Shown piece after piece: positions 26,584 to 36,126 of a stretch of 64,000 bases of DNA. Both the position numbers and the translations under genes were made by a program. A model generated the notes under the pieces. The model made no database searches and had not been told where the DNA came from. It worked only from the letters and a program-made list of their open reading frames with translations. The stretch is taken from the NCBI GenBank assembly GCA_902579395.1, contig CACHGK010000002.1, forward strand, positions 155,767 through 219,766, in the 5' to 3' direction. The stretch's first letter is position 1. Each line of letters opens with the position of its first letter. Origin of the DNA: an uncultured Alphaproteobacteria bacterium (GTDB lineage Bacteria; Pseudomonadota; Alphaproteobacteria; Methylaequorales; Methylaequoraceae).

Positions 26584-26715
26584 ATGAGTAATAAACAAGA
26601 ATGCGGGTGCGGAAGATCACCGACTGGCTTTTGCATTGGTTGGCATGATTTATCTGAATCCGAATACAAAGATAAATTGACTAAATACGAAAATCGAAAA
26701 AAATCTAAAAAATAA
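26584..26715 (+). CDS. Unlisted 43-codon Cys-rich small protein (below the ORF-track cutoff)
   Basis: GGAG 8 nt upstream of the ATG. It encodes MSNKQECGCGRSPTGFCIGWHDLSESEYKDKLTKYENRKKSKK. The codons of the CGCGRSPTGFCIGWH part are locally GC-rich against the AT-rich background. Confidence 0.5.
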   Translation: MSNKQECGCGRSPTGFCIGWHDLSESEYKDKLTKYENRKKSKK

Positions 26716-26718
26716 GCT

Positions 26719-27480
26719 TTAGAATTTAAATTTCTTAATATGTTTCCAAAGCCTTTTAAATCCAGTTGGAGCATTAGTTTTTCGTCTCTTTGGCCATTTT
26801 CTAGTTGGATCAAAGATAGTTTGATCAAGACCAATATCCTTCACAGCTGGTTTTTCTATTATAACAGTGTAAAAACCTTTATTTTTATATGTAACTCCAA
26901 TATCTAATTCATTTTTGTAATTTTTATATCCACCAATCAAATTATAATCTTTCATTCTTTTTACACCTGGTCTGAATGAAAAATATCCCCATTCCCAGCC
27001 TTCTTTACAAAATACTTTTCTAAAACCCACACCATTATGCTTTATAAGTGGACCATAACTAAAAATATCTAATCTACTTGCACTCTTTTTACTTTCAAGC
27101 CAGACTTGGATAATTTTAGGGTCATAATCCAGTATCTTTAAGGAATCCTGTATAAAGTTCTTTCTTGTGTAAATCCAATCATCCTCGCAATGGAATACAT
27201 AAGGAGTTTTAATAAGTTTATAGGCATCGACTATAGATTTAATTTGTCCCTTTTTCTTTTCATTAAGAAGTAGGTTCAGTTTACTAGACCAGTTTTTCTC
27301 AACATTTTTGTACACCTCTTTATCTACAGAGTCCTCAGTAAGATAAAGTGATTCCAAAGGAAAGTCATTAAATTGAAAAAAACTCTTTAAAGTTTTGTTT
27401 AGAAGTTCCGTCCTACCGCAACTGGTTAGGACAAATGACATTTCATTATTCATCTTTGTGCTTATAAAATCATCTAACAA
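26719..27480 (-). CDS. GT-A-fold glycosyltransferase-like protein
   Basis: SFVLTSCGRTELLNKTLKSF plus TEDS and CEDDW (DxD-like) follow the GT2/GT-A pattern. The start is probably at an internal Met (MNNEMSF). Confidence 0.4.
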   Translation of the reverse strand: MLDDFISTKMNNEMSFVLTSCGRTELLNKTLKSFFQFNDFPLESLYLTEDSVDKEVYKNVEKNWSSKLNLLLNEKKKGQIKSIVDAYKLIKTPYVFHCEDDWIYTRKNFIQDSLKILDYDPKIIQVWLESKKSASRLDIFSYGPLIKHNGVGFRKVFCKEGWEWGYFSFRPGVKRMKDYNLIGGYKNYKNELDIGVTYKNKGFYTVIIEKPAVKDIGLDQTIFDPTRKWPKRRKTNAPTGFKRLWKHIKKFKF

Positions 27481-27543
27481 TCAAATAGTTATCATGGATC
27501 CTTTTTTTTTCAATTAAAGAATAATATTATTTTTCTTATTCTT

Positions 27544-28992
27544 CTAGAATGGGAGCCTAGTTTTACCCATCAAAAATTTATCTACATTATGAGCAACCTG
27601 TCTTCCTTCTCTTATTGCCCAGACTACTAAGGACTGTCCTCTTCTCATATCTCCTGATACGAAAACCTTTTTGAGATTAGTTTTATAGTCAACTTCGTTA
27701 GCTTCAACATTACCTCTTTTATCCAGTTTAAGTCCAGAATCATTAATGAGTTTGTCTTTTACAGGGTGAACAAAACCCATTGCAAGAAGAACTAAATCAG
27801 CTTTTATTTTGATTTCAGAATCTTTACTTGTACTTTGCTCCATTTTCATTTTTCCATCATCATTTCTTTTCCAAGAAATTTTTTGAAGTGTCAGGCTTTT
27901 TACACCGCTTGAATTGCCTTCAAATTTCTTTGTTGACACACTCCAGTTTCTATTGGCTCCTTCTTCATGCGAAGATGAAGTTCTTAATTTTAAAGGCCAA
28001 TTTGGCCATGTTAACATCTTATCTTCTTTTACAGGTGGTTTCTCAAGAATCTCTAGTTGAGTTATAGACCGAGCTCCTTGACGATTTGATGTTCCTATGC
28101 AATCAGAGCCAGTATCTCCTCCTCCGATAACCACCACATCTTTATCTTTAGCGCAAAACTCCGGTTCCAACTTGATATTGTCTCCTTCACAAATTTTGTT
28201 TTGTCTAGTTAAAAAATCCATCGCAAAATGAACACCCCGTAATTCTCTTCCGGGTATATCTAAATCTCTTGGTTGTTCTGAACCACATGCTAATATAATA
28301 GCATCAAAATTTGAGGTAAGATCTTTAATTGTTATATCTTCACCCACTCTAGAGTTACACTTAAATTGAACACCTTCTTTTTCCATTTGTTCAATTCTTT
28401 TGTCTATTAAATGCTTTTCCATTTTAAAATTGGGGATTCCGTATCTCAGTAATCCTCCAATTCTGTCATTCTTTTCAAAAATAACCACCTCATGTCCAGC
28501 TCTTGCAAGTTGTTGAGAACAAGCCAGACCAGCTGGTCCAGAACCGACAACTGCTACCTTCTTATTTGTTTTTTGATGGTTTATTTCTGGAATGATCCAT
28601 CCTTTTTCATAGGCCTTATCTATGATAGATCGCTCAATACTTTTTATAGTAACTGGGCTATCATCAATATTTAATGTACAGGCTGCTTCACAAGGAGCGG
28701 GACAAATTCTACTTGTAAACTCAGGAAAATTGTTTGTGGAGTGCAGCACATTTAAAGCAATTTTCCAATCTCTTTCATAAACCAAATTATTCCACTCTGG
28801 AATAATATTATTTATAGGGCAAGAATTGTGACAATATGGGATACCACAATCCATGCATCTTGATGCTTGTTCGTTTAATGTTTTCTCAGGAAAGGGCAAT
28901 ACGAATTCTTCAAAATTCTTGAGTCTAGATTTTGGGCTGATAGCTTTACTCTCAGCTCTTTCATGTTCTAAAAATCCAGTTACTTTTGCCAT
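27544..28992 (-). CDS. gltD: Glutamate synthase (NADPH) small subunit
   Basis: N-terminal Fe-S Cys clusters (CMDCGIPYC, CPAPCEAAC), the dinucleotide motif VAVVGSGPAGL, and a position downstream of gltB with a 13-nt overlap. Confidence 0.95.
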   Translation of the reverse strand: MAKVTGFLEHERAESKAISPKSRLKNFEEFVLPFPEKTLNEQASRCMDCGIPYCHNSCPINNIIPEWNNLVYERDWKIALNVLHSTNNFPEFTSRICPAPCEAACTLNIDDSPVTIKSIERSIIDKAYEKGWIIPEINHQKTNKKVAVVGSGPAGLACSQQLARAGHEVVIFEKNDRIGGLLRYGIPNFKMEKHLIDKRIEQMEKEGVQFKCNSRVGEDITIKDLTSNFDAIILACGSEQPRDLDIPGRELRGVHFAMDFLTRQNKICEGDNIKLEPEFCAKDKDVVVIGGGDTGSDCIGTSNRQGARSITQLEILEKPPVKEDKMLTWPNWPLKLRTSSSHEEGANRNWSVSTKKFEGNSSGVKSLTLQKISWKRNDDGKMKMEQSTSKDSEIKIKADLVLLAMGFVHPVKDKLINDSGLKLDKRGNVEANEVDYKTNLKKVFVSGDMRRGQSLVVWAIREGRQVAHNVDKFLMGKTRLPF

Positions 28993-31900
28993 AAATTCAC
29001 AACCTTTTTATCTCTTTCATTTTGTATTTTTTTTAATAATACATTTTCAAAATCAATTGGTAAAACTTTAACAAAATTTTTTAGTTCTACATCAAAGTTT
29101 TCAAGAATTTTTTTTGCCACTTTGGAGCCTGTATTGCTAAAATGCTTTTCAACCATTACCTTTATTCTTAGCTCATCATTAAATAAAAAATTATACTTAT
29201 CAAAAAGTTTATCTGGCAAGATGTGTTTTCTTTTCTTTATGGGAGATATGTTAACCATTGATAAATTACATTTACTTCTAAAATCAGTTTCATCTTGATA
29301 AACATAAGCTATTCCACCACTCATTCCAGCTCCAAAATTTATGCCGGTTTTACCTAAAACCATAACAATACCCCCAGTCATGTATTCACAACAATGGTCG
29401 CCAGTCCCTTCAACAACAGCAGTAGCGCCAGAATTTCTGACCGCGAATCTTTCTCCAGCAACACCTGAAAAATAACATTCACCTGAAATAGCGCCATACA
29501 AGACAGTATTACCTACTATGATATTCTCATTAGTCTTATAATTTGAGTTCTTAAATGGTTTAATAATTATCTTTCCGCCTGACAAACCCTTGCCAACATA
29601 ATCATTTGCTTCACCATCAAGATTTAAAGTAATTCCCGATGATAAAAATGTTCCAAAACTTTGACCTGCTGTACCTTCAAGGTTTATCGTGATTGAGTCA
29701 TTTCTTAATCCTTTATGTCCAAAACTCATAGCAACCTTGCCAGATAACATTGCTCCAAAGCTTCGATCGATATTTTTAATTTGTTTTTTAACATTTATAG
29801 TAGACAACTTCTTATTTAGAACTGGCTCAACTTCTTTTATTACTTCCTTGTCTAAAACTTTTTCAAGATCGTGTTCTTGACAAGAAGAGTTATATATATC
29901 TTCTGACTTGCTGAATTCTGGTTTGTATAAAATTTTCGAAAGATCAATATTTTTAGCTTTCCAATGGTTGATAGCTTTATTTTTAGTTAAAAATTCAGAT
30001 TTACCGATAAGATCCTGAAACTTTTTAACACCCAAATCTGCCATAATTTCTCTCACCTCTTCAGCAACCATAAAAAAATAATTAATTACATTTTCTGGAG
30101 TACCCACAAATTTCTTTCTTAAAAATTCATTCTGTGTAGCTATACCAACAGGACAAGTATTGAGGTGACATTTTCTCATCATAATACAACCAACTGAAAC
30201 TAATGGAGCAGTTGAAAAGCCAAACTCATCAGCACCCAAAAGAGCACCAATCACGACATCTCTTCCAGTTTTTAAACCTCCATCAACTTGGAGAGAAATT
30301 CTGTTTCTTAACTTGTTTAATACCAAAGTTTGGTGAGTCTCGGCTAGTCCCAATTCCCAGGGTGTACCAGCATTTTTTATAGACGTTAGGGGTGAAGCTC
30401 CTGTCCCTCCATCATAACCGGCAATTGTAATATGATCTGCCTTACACTTAGTAACCCCAGCAGCTACGACTCCTACTCCAAATTCTGAAACTAATTTCAC
30501 ACTTATTCTTGCTTTAGGGTTAACATTTTTTAAATCAAAAATTAATTGTGCTAAATCTTCAATTGAATAGATATCATGGTGAGGTGGCGGAGAAATTAAA
30601 CCTACACCAGGTGTTGAATGTCTAACACTAGCAATTTTTTCATCAACTTTATGTCCTGGCAACTGACCACCTTCACCTGGCTTTGCCCCTTGGCTTATTT
30701 TAATTTGAATGTCCTTTGCATTGACTAGATATTCTGCTGTTACTCCAAAACGTCCAGAAGCAACCTGCTTTATAGCACTTTTCATAGAGTCACCATTTTT
30801 TAAGATGGAAAATCTTTCTGGTTCTTCACCCCCTTCGCCGGTATTAGATTTTCCTCCAATTCTGTTCATTGCTAAAGCTAGGGTTGTATGAGCCTCTCTC
30901 GAAATCGATCCATAAGACATCGCCCCCGTTGAAAATCTTTTTACAATTTCAGTTGCAGGCTCCACTTCACTTAAGTTGATTTTCTTTTTATTTTTGAACT
31001 CAAATAAACTTCTAATAGTAAACATTGATTTGTTATGATCGTTAATTTTAGTTGAAAAATTACTAAAAGATTCTTTTGAATTTATTCTGACTGCTTTTTG
31101 CAGACTGGTAATTGTATCGGGTGACCAAGAATGTTTTTCTCCCCTTATTCTAAATGCATATTCACCTCCAACATCAAGTCCATGTTCAATTTCATCTGAA
31201 GATAAAGATTTTGCATACCGGTTGAGAGTCTCCTCTTGAATCTGATTTAAACTCAACCCCCCTATAAGTGTTGCTGTTCCCGGGAAATATTTGTTTACCA
31301 CATCTTCTGAAATACCGACTGCATCAAAAATTTGTGCTCCACAATAGGATTTAAGAGTCGATATACCCATTTTTGACATTATCTTGAGAATAGCTTTGCC
31401 AGATGCTTTTATAAAATTTGTTTCAGAAAGTTTGTAGTCCTCTTTTTTAACTAATGAAGAAATTGTATCAAAAACCAAGTAAGGGTTGATTGCTTCAGCT
31501 CCATATCCTGCTAAAACTGCAAAATGATGAAGTTCTCTTGCTTCACCGGTTTCAATAACAATGCTTACATTCATTCTTAATCCTTCTTTGATCAAAAAAT
31601 GATGTACGCATGAGACAGCTAAAAGGGAAGGGATTGGCGCCGTTACTTTTGAAACGTTTATATCAGATAATATTAAAATATTTGCTCCATCAAGAATTTG
31701 TGATTTAGCTTCAAAACAAATTCTTTCAAGCCCATCGCTTAATTCTTTACCTTTATTTGAGTTTTTAAAGAGAATATCAATTGTAGAAGCTTTGAACTTG
31801 CCTCTGGTGATTTCTTCAATATCTTTAATTTTTAGCATATCAGTGTTCGTCAAGATTGGTTGCTCAATTTCTAATCTTGGTTTTACGTTTTCATCAGGGG

Positions 31901-33545
31901 AATCAAAAATATTTGGTTTTTCTCCTAATGTCATATCCAAAGACATTACTAGTTCTTCTCTAATGGGATCAATAGGGGGATTAGTAACTTGCGCAAAACA
32001 TTGTTTGAAATATGAAAAAAGAAGCTTTGGTTTATCAGAAAGTAAAGATATTGGAGTGTCCGTTCCCATCGATCCGATAGGTTCGATACCCAATTTTAGA
32101 ATTGGTTCAATAAAAAAATTAATATCTTCTTTTGTATAACCAAATCCTGATTGCAACCTCTTAACTTCGTTTGTATCTAATTGGCCTTTATTAGTAATAT
32201 TATTTAATTCTTTTAAGTAAATTTGGCTTTTATTAAGTGATTTTTTGTAGTCAAACTTTCTGGCTAATTTTGTTTTTATCTCATCATTCCCAATTACTCT
32301 TTTCTCTATCAGATCTATTAAAAAAAGTTTTCCAGGTTCTAATCTCCATCTTTTCACAACCGATTTTGGGTCAATATCCAAAACACCCATTTCTGATGAT
32401 AATAAGATCATCCCATTATCGGTTTGAACATACCTTGAAGGTCTCAACCCATTTCTGTCAAGTATTGCTCCAATTTTTTTTCCATTTGTAAAACACATTG
32501 CTGCGGGACCATCCCAAGGTTCGATGTAATTGGAGTAGTACTGATAATAGTCCTTCATTTTGGTATCACGATCATTCTTTTCCCATGCTTCTGGTATCAA
32601 GAGCATCATTGCATGCTCTATATCATATCCACCCATCATCAAATATTCCAAAGCATTATCAAATGCGGCAGAATCTGACAAACCATCGAAGATTAGGGGA
32701 TTAAGATTTTGGAATTCTTTTAAAAACAATTCTGATTTAGAAACAGAGGCTCTTGCATTCATCCAATTAGCATTACCTCGAAGAGTATTAATTTCTCCGT
32801 TGTGACACAAAAATCTAAATGGTTGTGCAAGATCCCAACTCGGGAAAGTATTTGTAGAGAATCTTTGATGAACTATTGCCAGAGACGAGATAAACATTTC
32901 ATCTTTCAAATCATCGAAGTAATCTTTCAGAGAATCTGACATTATCATACCTTTATATACAACAACTTTGCTTGAAAGAGAGGCTATATAGAAGTCAAAG
33001 GATTTAAGTTCAATTTCTATTCTTCTCCTAGCAATAAAAAGTCTTTGTTCAAATTCATTTATTTTACTTGCTTGAAATTTTTGTTTGATAAATATTTGTA
33101 GAATAAAGGGTTCGTTACCTTTAATTGATTCGCCTAAGACAGACTTATCTCTCGGCACTTCTCTAATGTAAAGATTTTCTAACTTTAACCTGGATAAATA
33201 TTTATCAATAATTTTAATGCAGTGATTTCTCTCTTCAGAATCCCTTGGCAAAAAAAACATTCCGATGGCATAATCATCTGGTCTGGGCAAAATAATATTT
33301 TTTTTAGAGAGTTCTCTTTGAAAAAACTGATGCGGTATTTGAGATAACAACCCAACACCATCTCCAGCTCTTGGGTCTGCACTTACAGCACCCCTATGGG
33401 TCAGATTGCAAAGAATTTTAAGACCCTTTTCCACTATCTCACGAGAGGGTATATCGTAAATATTGGCGACAAAGCCTATGCCACAGGAATCTTTTTCATT
33501 TTTAGCGTCGTATAGACCCTTTTTTAACTCATTTAACATTCTCAT
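28980..33545 (-). CDS. gltB: Glutamate synthase large subunit
   Basis: 1521 aa. It has an Ntn amidotransferase start (KDSCGIGFVA), an FMN/3Fe-4S central domain and a C-terminal GXGXG beta-helix region. Confidence 0.97.
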   Translation of the reverse strand: MRMLNELKKGLYDAKNEKDSCGIGFVANIYDIPSREIVEKGLKILCNLTHRGAVSADPRAGDGVGLLSQIPHQFFQRELSKKNIILPRPDDYAIGMFFLPRDSEERNHCIKIIDKYLSRLKLENLYIREVPRDKSVLGESIKGNEPFILQIFIKQKFQASKINEFEQRLFIARRRIEIELKSFDFYIASLSSKVVVYKGMIMSDSLKDYFDDLKDEMFISSLAIVHQRFSTNTFPSWDLAQPFRFLCHNGEINTLRGNANWMNARASVSKSELFLKEFQNLNPLIFDGLSDSAAFDNALEYLMMGGYDIEHAMMLLIPEAWEKNDRDTKMKDYYQYYSNYIEPWDGPAAMCFTNGKKIGAILDRNGLRPSRYVQTDNGMILLSSEMGVLDIDPKSVVKRWRLEPGKLFLIDLIEKRVIGNDEIKTKLARKFDYKKSLNKSQIYLKELNNITNKGQLDTNEVKRLQSGFGYTKEDINFFIEPILKLGIEPIGSMGTDTPISLLSDKPKLLFSYFKQCFAQVTNPPIDPIREELVMSLDMTLGEKPNIFDSPDENVKPRLEIEQPILTNTDMLKIKDIEEITRGKFKASTIDILFKNSNKGKELSDGLERICFEAKSQILDGANILILSDINVSKVTAPIPSLLAVSCVHHFLIKEGLRMNVSIVIETGEARELHHFAVLAGYGAEAINPYLVFDTISSLVKKEDYKLSETNFIKASGKAILKIMSKMGISTLKSYCGAQIFDAVGISEDVVNKYFPGTATLIGGLSLNQIQEETLNRYAKSLSSDEIEHGLDVGGEYAFRIRGEKHSWSPDTITSLQKAVRINSKESFSNFSTKINDHNKSMFTIRSLFEFKNKKKINLSEVEPATEIVKRFSTGAMSYGSISREAHTTLALAMNRIGGKSNTGEGGEEPERFSILKNGDSMKSAIKQVASGRFGVTAEYLVNAKDIQIKISQGAKPGEGGQLPGHKVDEKIASVRHSTPGVGLISPPPHHDIYSIEDLAQLIFDLKNVNPKARISVKLVSEFGVGVVAAGVTKCKADHITIAGYDGGTGASPLTSIKNAGTPWELGLAETHQTLVLNKLRNRISLQVDGGLKTGRDVVIGALLGADEFGFSTAPLVSVGCIMMRKCHLNTCPVGIATQNEFLRKKFVGTPENVINYFFMVAEEVREIMADLGVKKFQDLIGKSEFLTKNKAINHWKAKNIDLSKILYKPEFSKSEDIYNSSCQEHDLEKVLDKEVIKEVEPVLNKKLSTINVKKQIKNIDRSFGAMLSGKVAMSFGHKGLRNDSITINLEGTAGQSFGTFLSSGITLNLDGEANDYVGKGLSGGKIIIKPFKNSNYKTNENIIVGNTVLYGAISGECYFSGVAGERFAVRNSGATAVVEGTGDHCCEYMTGGIVMVLGKTGINFGAGMSGGIAYVYQDETDFRSKCNLSMVNISPIKKRKHILPDKLFDKYNFLFNDELRIKVMVEKHFSNTGSKVAKKILENFDVELKNFVKVLPIDFENVLLKKIQNERDKKVVNLWQK

Positions 33546-33585
33546 TACCTAATTAGCAATTAGTTCATATATATTATATAATCAA

Positions 33586-34275
33586 TCAGTCATCTATTAA
33601 CATAGTTTTTTCGTAAATAATTCTGCCCATTGTTTCCGAATCTGATTTTTCTTCTCTCTTGTATTTGAGCAATCCTAAACCTTTAGCAAACCAAGTTGTT
33701 GTAAAAATTTCAATGTTGATATTTCCCAAAGTTGGATCAGGATAATAACTTGTTTTTCCATAGCCAGAAACTTTTATGCAATTTTTTATTTTTTCTCCAT
33801 TTAAAGAGATTGTTTCATTCGTACTTACGATTTTATTATTTAATTTGAATGGCAAGTTTGTGTTATAAAATCTATCATACCCTAACTTCATTTGAATTGT
33901 TGTCTTATCATCTGTTTGCCATTCCACATCTTCTTCAATTGGGAAAGCGAGTAAAATTTCTGAGTTTTCGTCATATGCTTTATTATTTTTTGAAGACAAA
34001 AAATCTTGCATGGTTTTTTTTAAAATACCTTGTTTATCAAAAACATAAAATATTATTTCACCATCGTTTTTTAAAACAGGTATAGAATTTTCAATCTTTG
34101 GTAAAAAATAAAAGCTCTGCCTGAAGTTTTTTTTATTATTTTCTTTGTCTTTAAAAAAAACGTCATAAGATATTTGTTTACCTTCATTGTAGGGGAAGTA
34201 ATCTTCTTCGAAGTTACATGAAGACAATAATAAAAAAAGTAAAAAATGGTATTTTTTAAATATATGAGATTTCAT
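33586..34275 (-). CDS. Lipoprotein, function unknown
   Basis: Lipobox LLLSSC near the N-terminus. Confidence 0.55.
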   Translation of the reverse strand: MKSHIFKKYHFLLFLLLSSCNFEEDYFPYNEGKQISYDVFFKDKENNKKNFRQSFYFLPKIENSIPVLKNDGEIIFYVFDKQGILKKTMQDFLSSKNNKAYDENSEILLAFPIEEDVEWQTDDKTTIQMKLGYDRFYNTNLPFKLNNKIVSTNETISLNGEKIKNCIKVSGYGKTSYYPDPTLGNINIEIFTTTWFAKGLGLLKYKREEKSDSETMGRIIYEKTMLIDD

Positions 34276-34299
34276 AATGCAAAGTTGATTTTCATTTTA

Positions 34300-34908
34300 T
34301 TACTTAATTTGTTCTTTTACAAAAGTGGCCAGTCCGAGCTTTGCTTCTAAAGCATTGCACAAGATCTGACCTACTAATATGTGAGCCTCTTGAATTCTTG
34401 AAGTATTAATAGCAGGTATAGATATAATTTCGTCGCTAATACTTTCAACATGTTTAATATTATTTCCTGTGAAAACCACTGATTTCATTCCGTTCTTTTT
34501 TGCATAATCTAATGCCTTAATTACATTTTTACTCTTACCAGAGGTTGATATTCCAACTACAACATCACCTTTTTGTCCGATTGCCTCTAATTGTCTAACA
34601 AAGAGATATTCAAAACCAAAGTCATTTCCAATAGCAGAAATTGTTGAAGTATCAGTTACCAAAGATATTGCAGGGATTGATTTTCTATTTTTTGAAAATC
34701 TAACTGTCAATTCAGTTGATAAATGTTGAGCATCAGAAGCACTACCCCCATTACCAAAGAAAATTATCTTTCTATTTTTTTTTACAGCACTATACCAAAT
34801 CTCTAATACTTTTATAAATTTTTCCTCAACACGTTCTTTTAATTTTTTTATAACAAGTTGGTGTTCAGATATTTGAGAATGAAAAAAATTTCTGTATAAA
34901 TTGCTCAT
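34300..34908 (-). CDS. gmhA: SIS-domain phosphoheptose isomerase (GmhA/DiaA family)
   Basis: FFGNGGSASDAQHLSTEL, GISTSGKSKNV and RIQEAHILVGQILC are GmhA-type blocks. Confidence 0.8.
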   Translation of the reverse strand: MSNLYRNFFHSQISEHQLVIKKLKERVEEKFIKVLEIWYSAVKKNRKIIFFGNGGSASDAQHLSTELTVRFSKNRKSIPAISLVTDTSTISAIGNDFGFEYLFVRQLEAIGQKGDVVVGISTSGKSKNVIKALDYAKKNGMKSVVFTGNNIKHVESISDEIISIPAINTSRIQEAHILVGQILCNALEAKLGLATFVKEQIK

Positions 34909-34917
34909 AATTTTTCG

Positions 34918-34993
34918 TGGTGATCTTATCTGGACTCGAACCAGAAACTAATCCTTAGGAGGGACTCGTTATATCCAGTTTAACTATAAGACC
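34918..34993 (-). tRNA. tRNA-Arg (anticodon CCT) with encoded CCA
   Basis: Minus-strand cloverleaf: acceptor GGTCTTA/TAAGATC; D arm GTTA-AACTGGATA-TAAC; anticodon arm AGTCC-CTCCTAA-GGATT; variable AGTT; T arm TCTGG-TTCGAGT-CCAGA; discriminator A; CCA. Confidence 0.9.
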
Positions 34994-34996
34994 CCA

Positions 34997-35518
34997 TTAA
35001 TTTCCTAATGGAATTTGATATTTTAAGACTAATGTTTCCGATCCTGGATTTTTCTTTCCACTATCTGCATTAGAAATATGAAATATTCCAACTCCTATTC
35101 TAGCATTATTTTTAAAACGATAAAACATATCGATACCTATATAGAATTCAAGAGGATTACCTGCTTTTATCTCTCTACCATCCTTATAGTAACCGCATGC
35201 TAAACTTGGAGTCATAATAAAGTTCTTTTTTCTTCCATAATAACCATCAATGCCAAATCCTCCATAAGCGTAGTATGCATTTTCATTTGTTCCTAAAAAA
35301 CCTGCAAATGGTTTTATCAAATTAAACATTTTTCTCCCACTATGAATTTCTAGGTTGATCATACCTGATTGGTCATTGTGAGGCGGAGATCCGTCCTCCA
35401 TGTAATTAAATACGCCAATTCCAACAGAATATCTTGCAGAGTCTTTTGCCGAAATATCAAAACTATAAATAATAATGAACAAACTAATAATTATATTTGT
35501 AAAAAAAAAATCCTTCAT
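34997..35518 (-). CDS. PagL-like outer-membrane acyloxyacyl hydrolase (lipid A deacylase family)
   Basis: Signal peptide; C-terminal GVGIFHISNADSGKKNPGSETLVLKYQIPL carries the H-x-S-N catalytic block and a beta-barrel terminus. Confidence 0.65.
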   Translation of the reverse strand: MKDFFFTNIIISLFIIIYSFDISAKDSARYSVGIGVFNYMEDGSPPHNDQSGMINLEIHSGRKMFNLIKPFAGFLGTNENAYYAYGGFGIDGYYGRKKNFIMTPSLACGYYKDGREIKAGNPLEFYIGIDMFYRFKNNARIGVGIFHISNADSGKKNPGSETLVLKYQIPLGN

Positions 35519-35524
35519 GTGACT

Positions 35525-36112
35525 CTAAAATGGTATTTGATATTTAAATAATATAGACTCTGTTCCAGGGTTTTCTTTGCCTAAGCCTGCATTAGAAATA
35601 TGATAAAGCCCAACTCCAACCCTGACGTTATTTCTAAATCTATATGATAAATCTCCTCCACTCATAAATTCTAATCTACTATACATTTTTATTTCATCTC
35701 CGTCTACATACCAACCTGCTGCAAAGCTTGGTGTTAAAACTAAACACTTACAATTACCAAAATAAAAATCGACTGAAACTCCGGTATAACCATATGTGGC
35801 ATTTTTGCTAGTACCTAAAAATCCAATTTTTGGTTTAAATATTTTTAAAAACCTTTTATCAGATTGGTATTCAAGTTGATATGCAATTGACGTTTCTGAA
35901 ACTGTTTCTTCTCTAAAGCATGTACTATCCGTGTGGGTCAATGTGCATCTTTTTTCACCATTTTCCATAAAATTGTAAATACCTCCACCGAGTATTAACC
36001 TACCCTCTTTTTCTCTAGCAACTAGATTTTTATCGATAAAAGATAATAAAAATATTATAAAAAAAATTCCTAAATAATTTCTCATTAATTTATTACAATA
36101 ACACAAATACAA
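35525..36112 (-). CDS. PagL-like outer-membrane acyloxyacyl hydrolase, tandem paralogue
   Basis: GVGLYHISNAGLGKENPGTESILFKYQIPF; similar overall to the adjacent gene. Confidence 0.65.
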   Translation of the reverse strand: MYLCYCNKLMRNYLGIFFIIFLLSFIDKNLVAREKEGRLILGGGIYNFMENGEKRCTLTHTDSTCFREETVSETSIAYQLEYQSDKRFLKIFKPKIGFLGTSKNATYGYTGVSVDFYFGNCKCLVLTPSFAAGWYVDGDEIKMYSRLEFMSGGDLSYRFRNNVRVGVGLYHISNAGLGKENPGTESILFKYQIPF

Positions 36113-36126
36113 ACTATCATTTAATA

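Noticed and set aside
26529-26834. 101-aa minus-strand ORF
   Set aside because: It overlaps both the 3' end of the GT-A-like gene and the better-supported plus-strand 43-codon Cys-rich ORF, and it has no motif.
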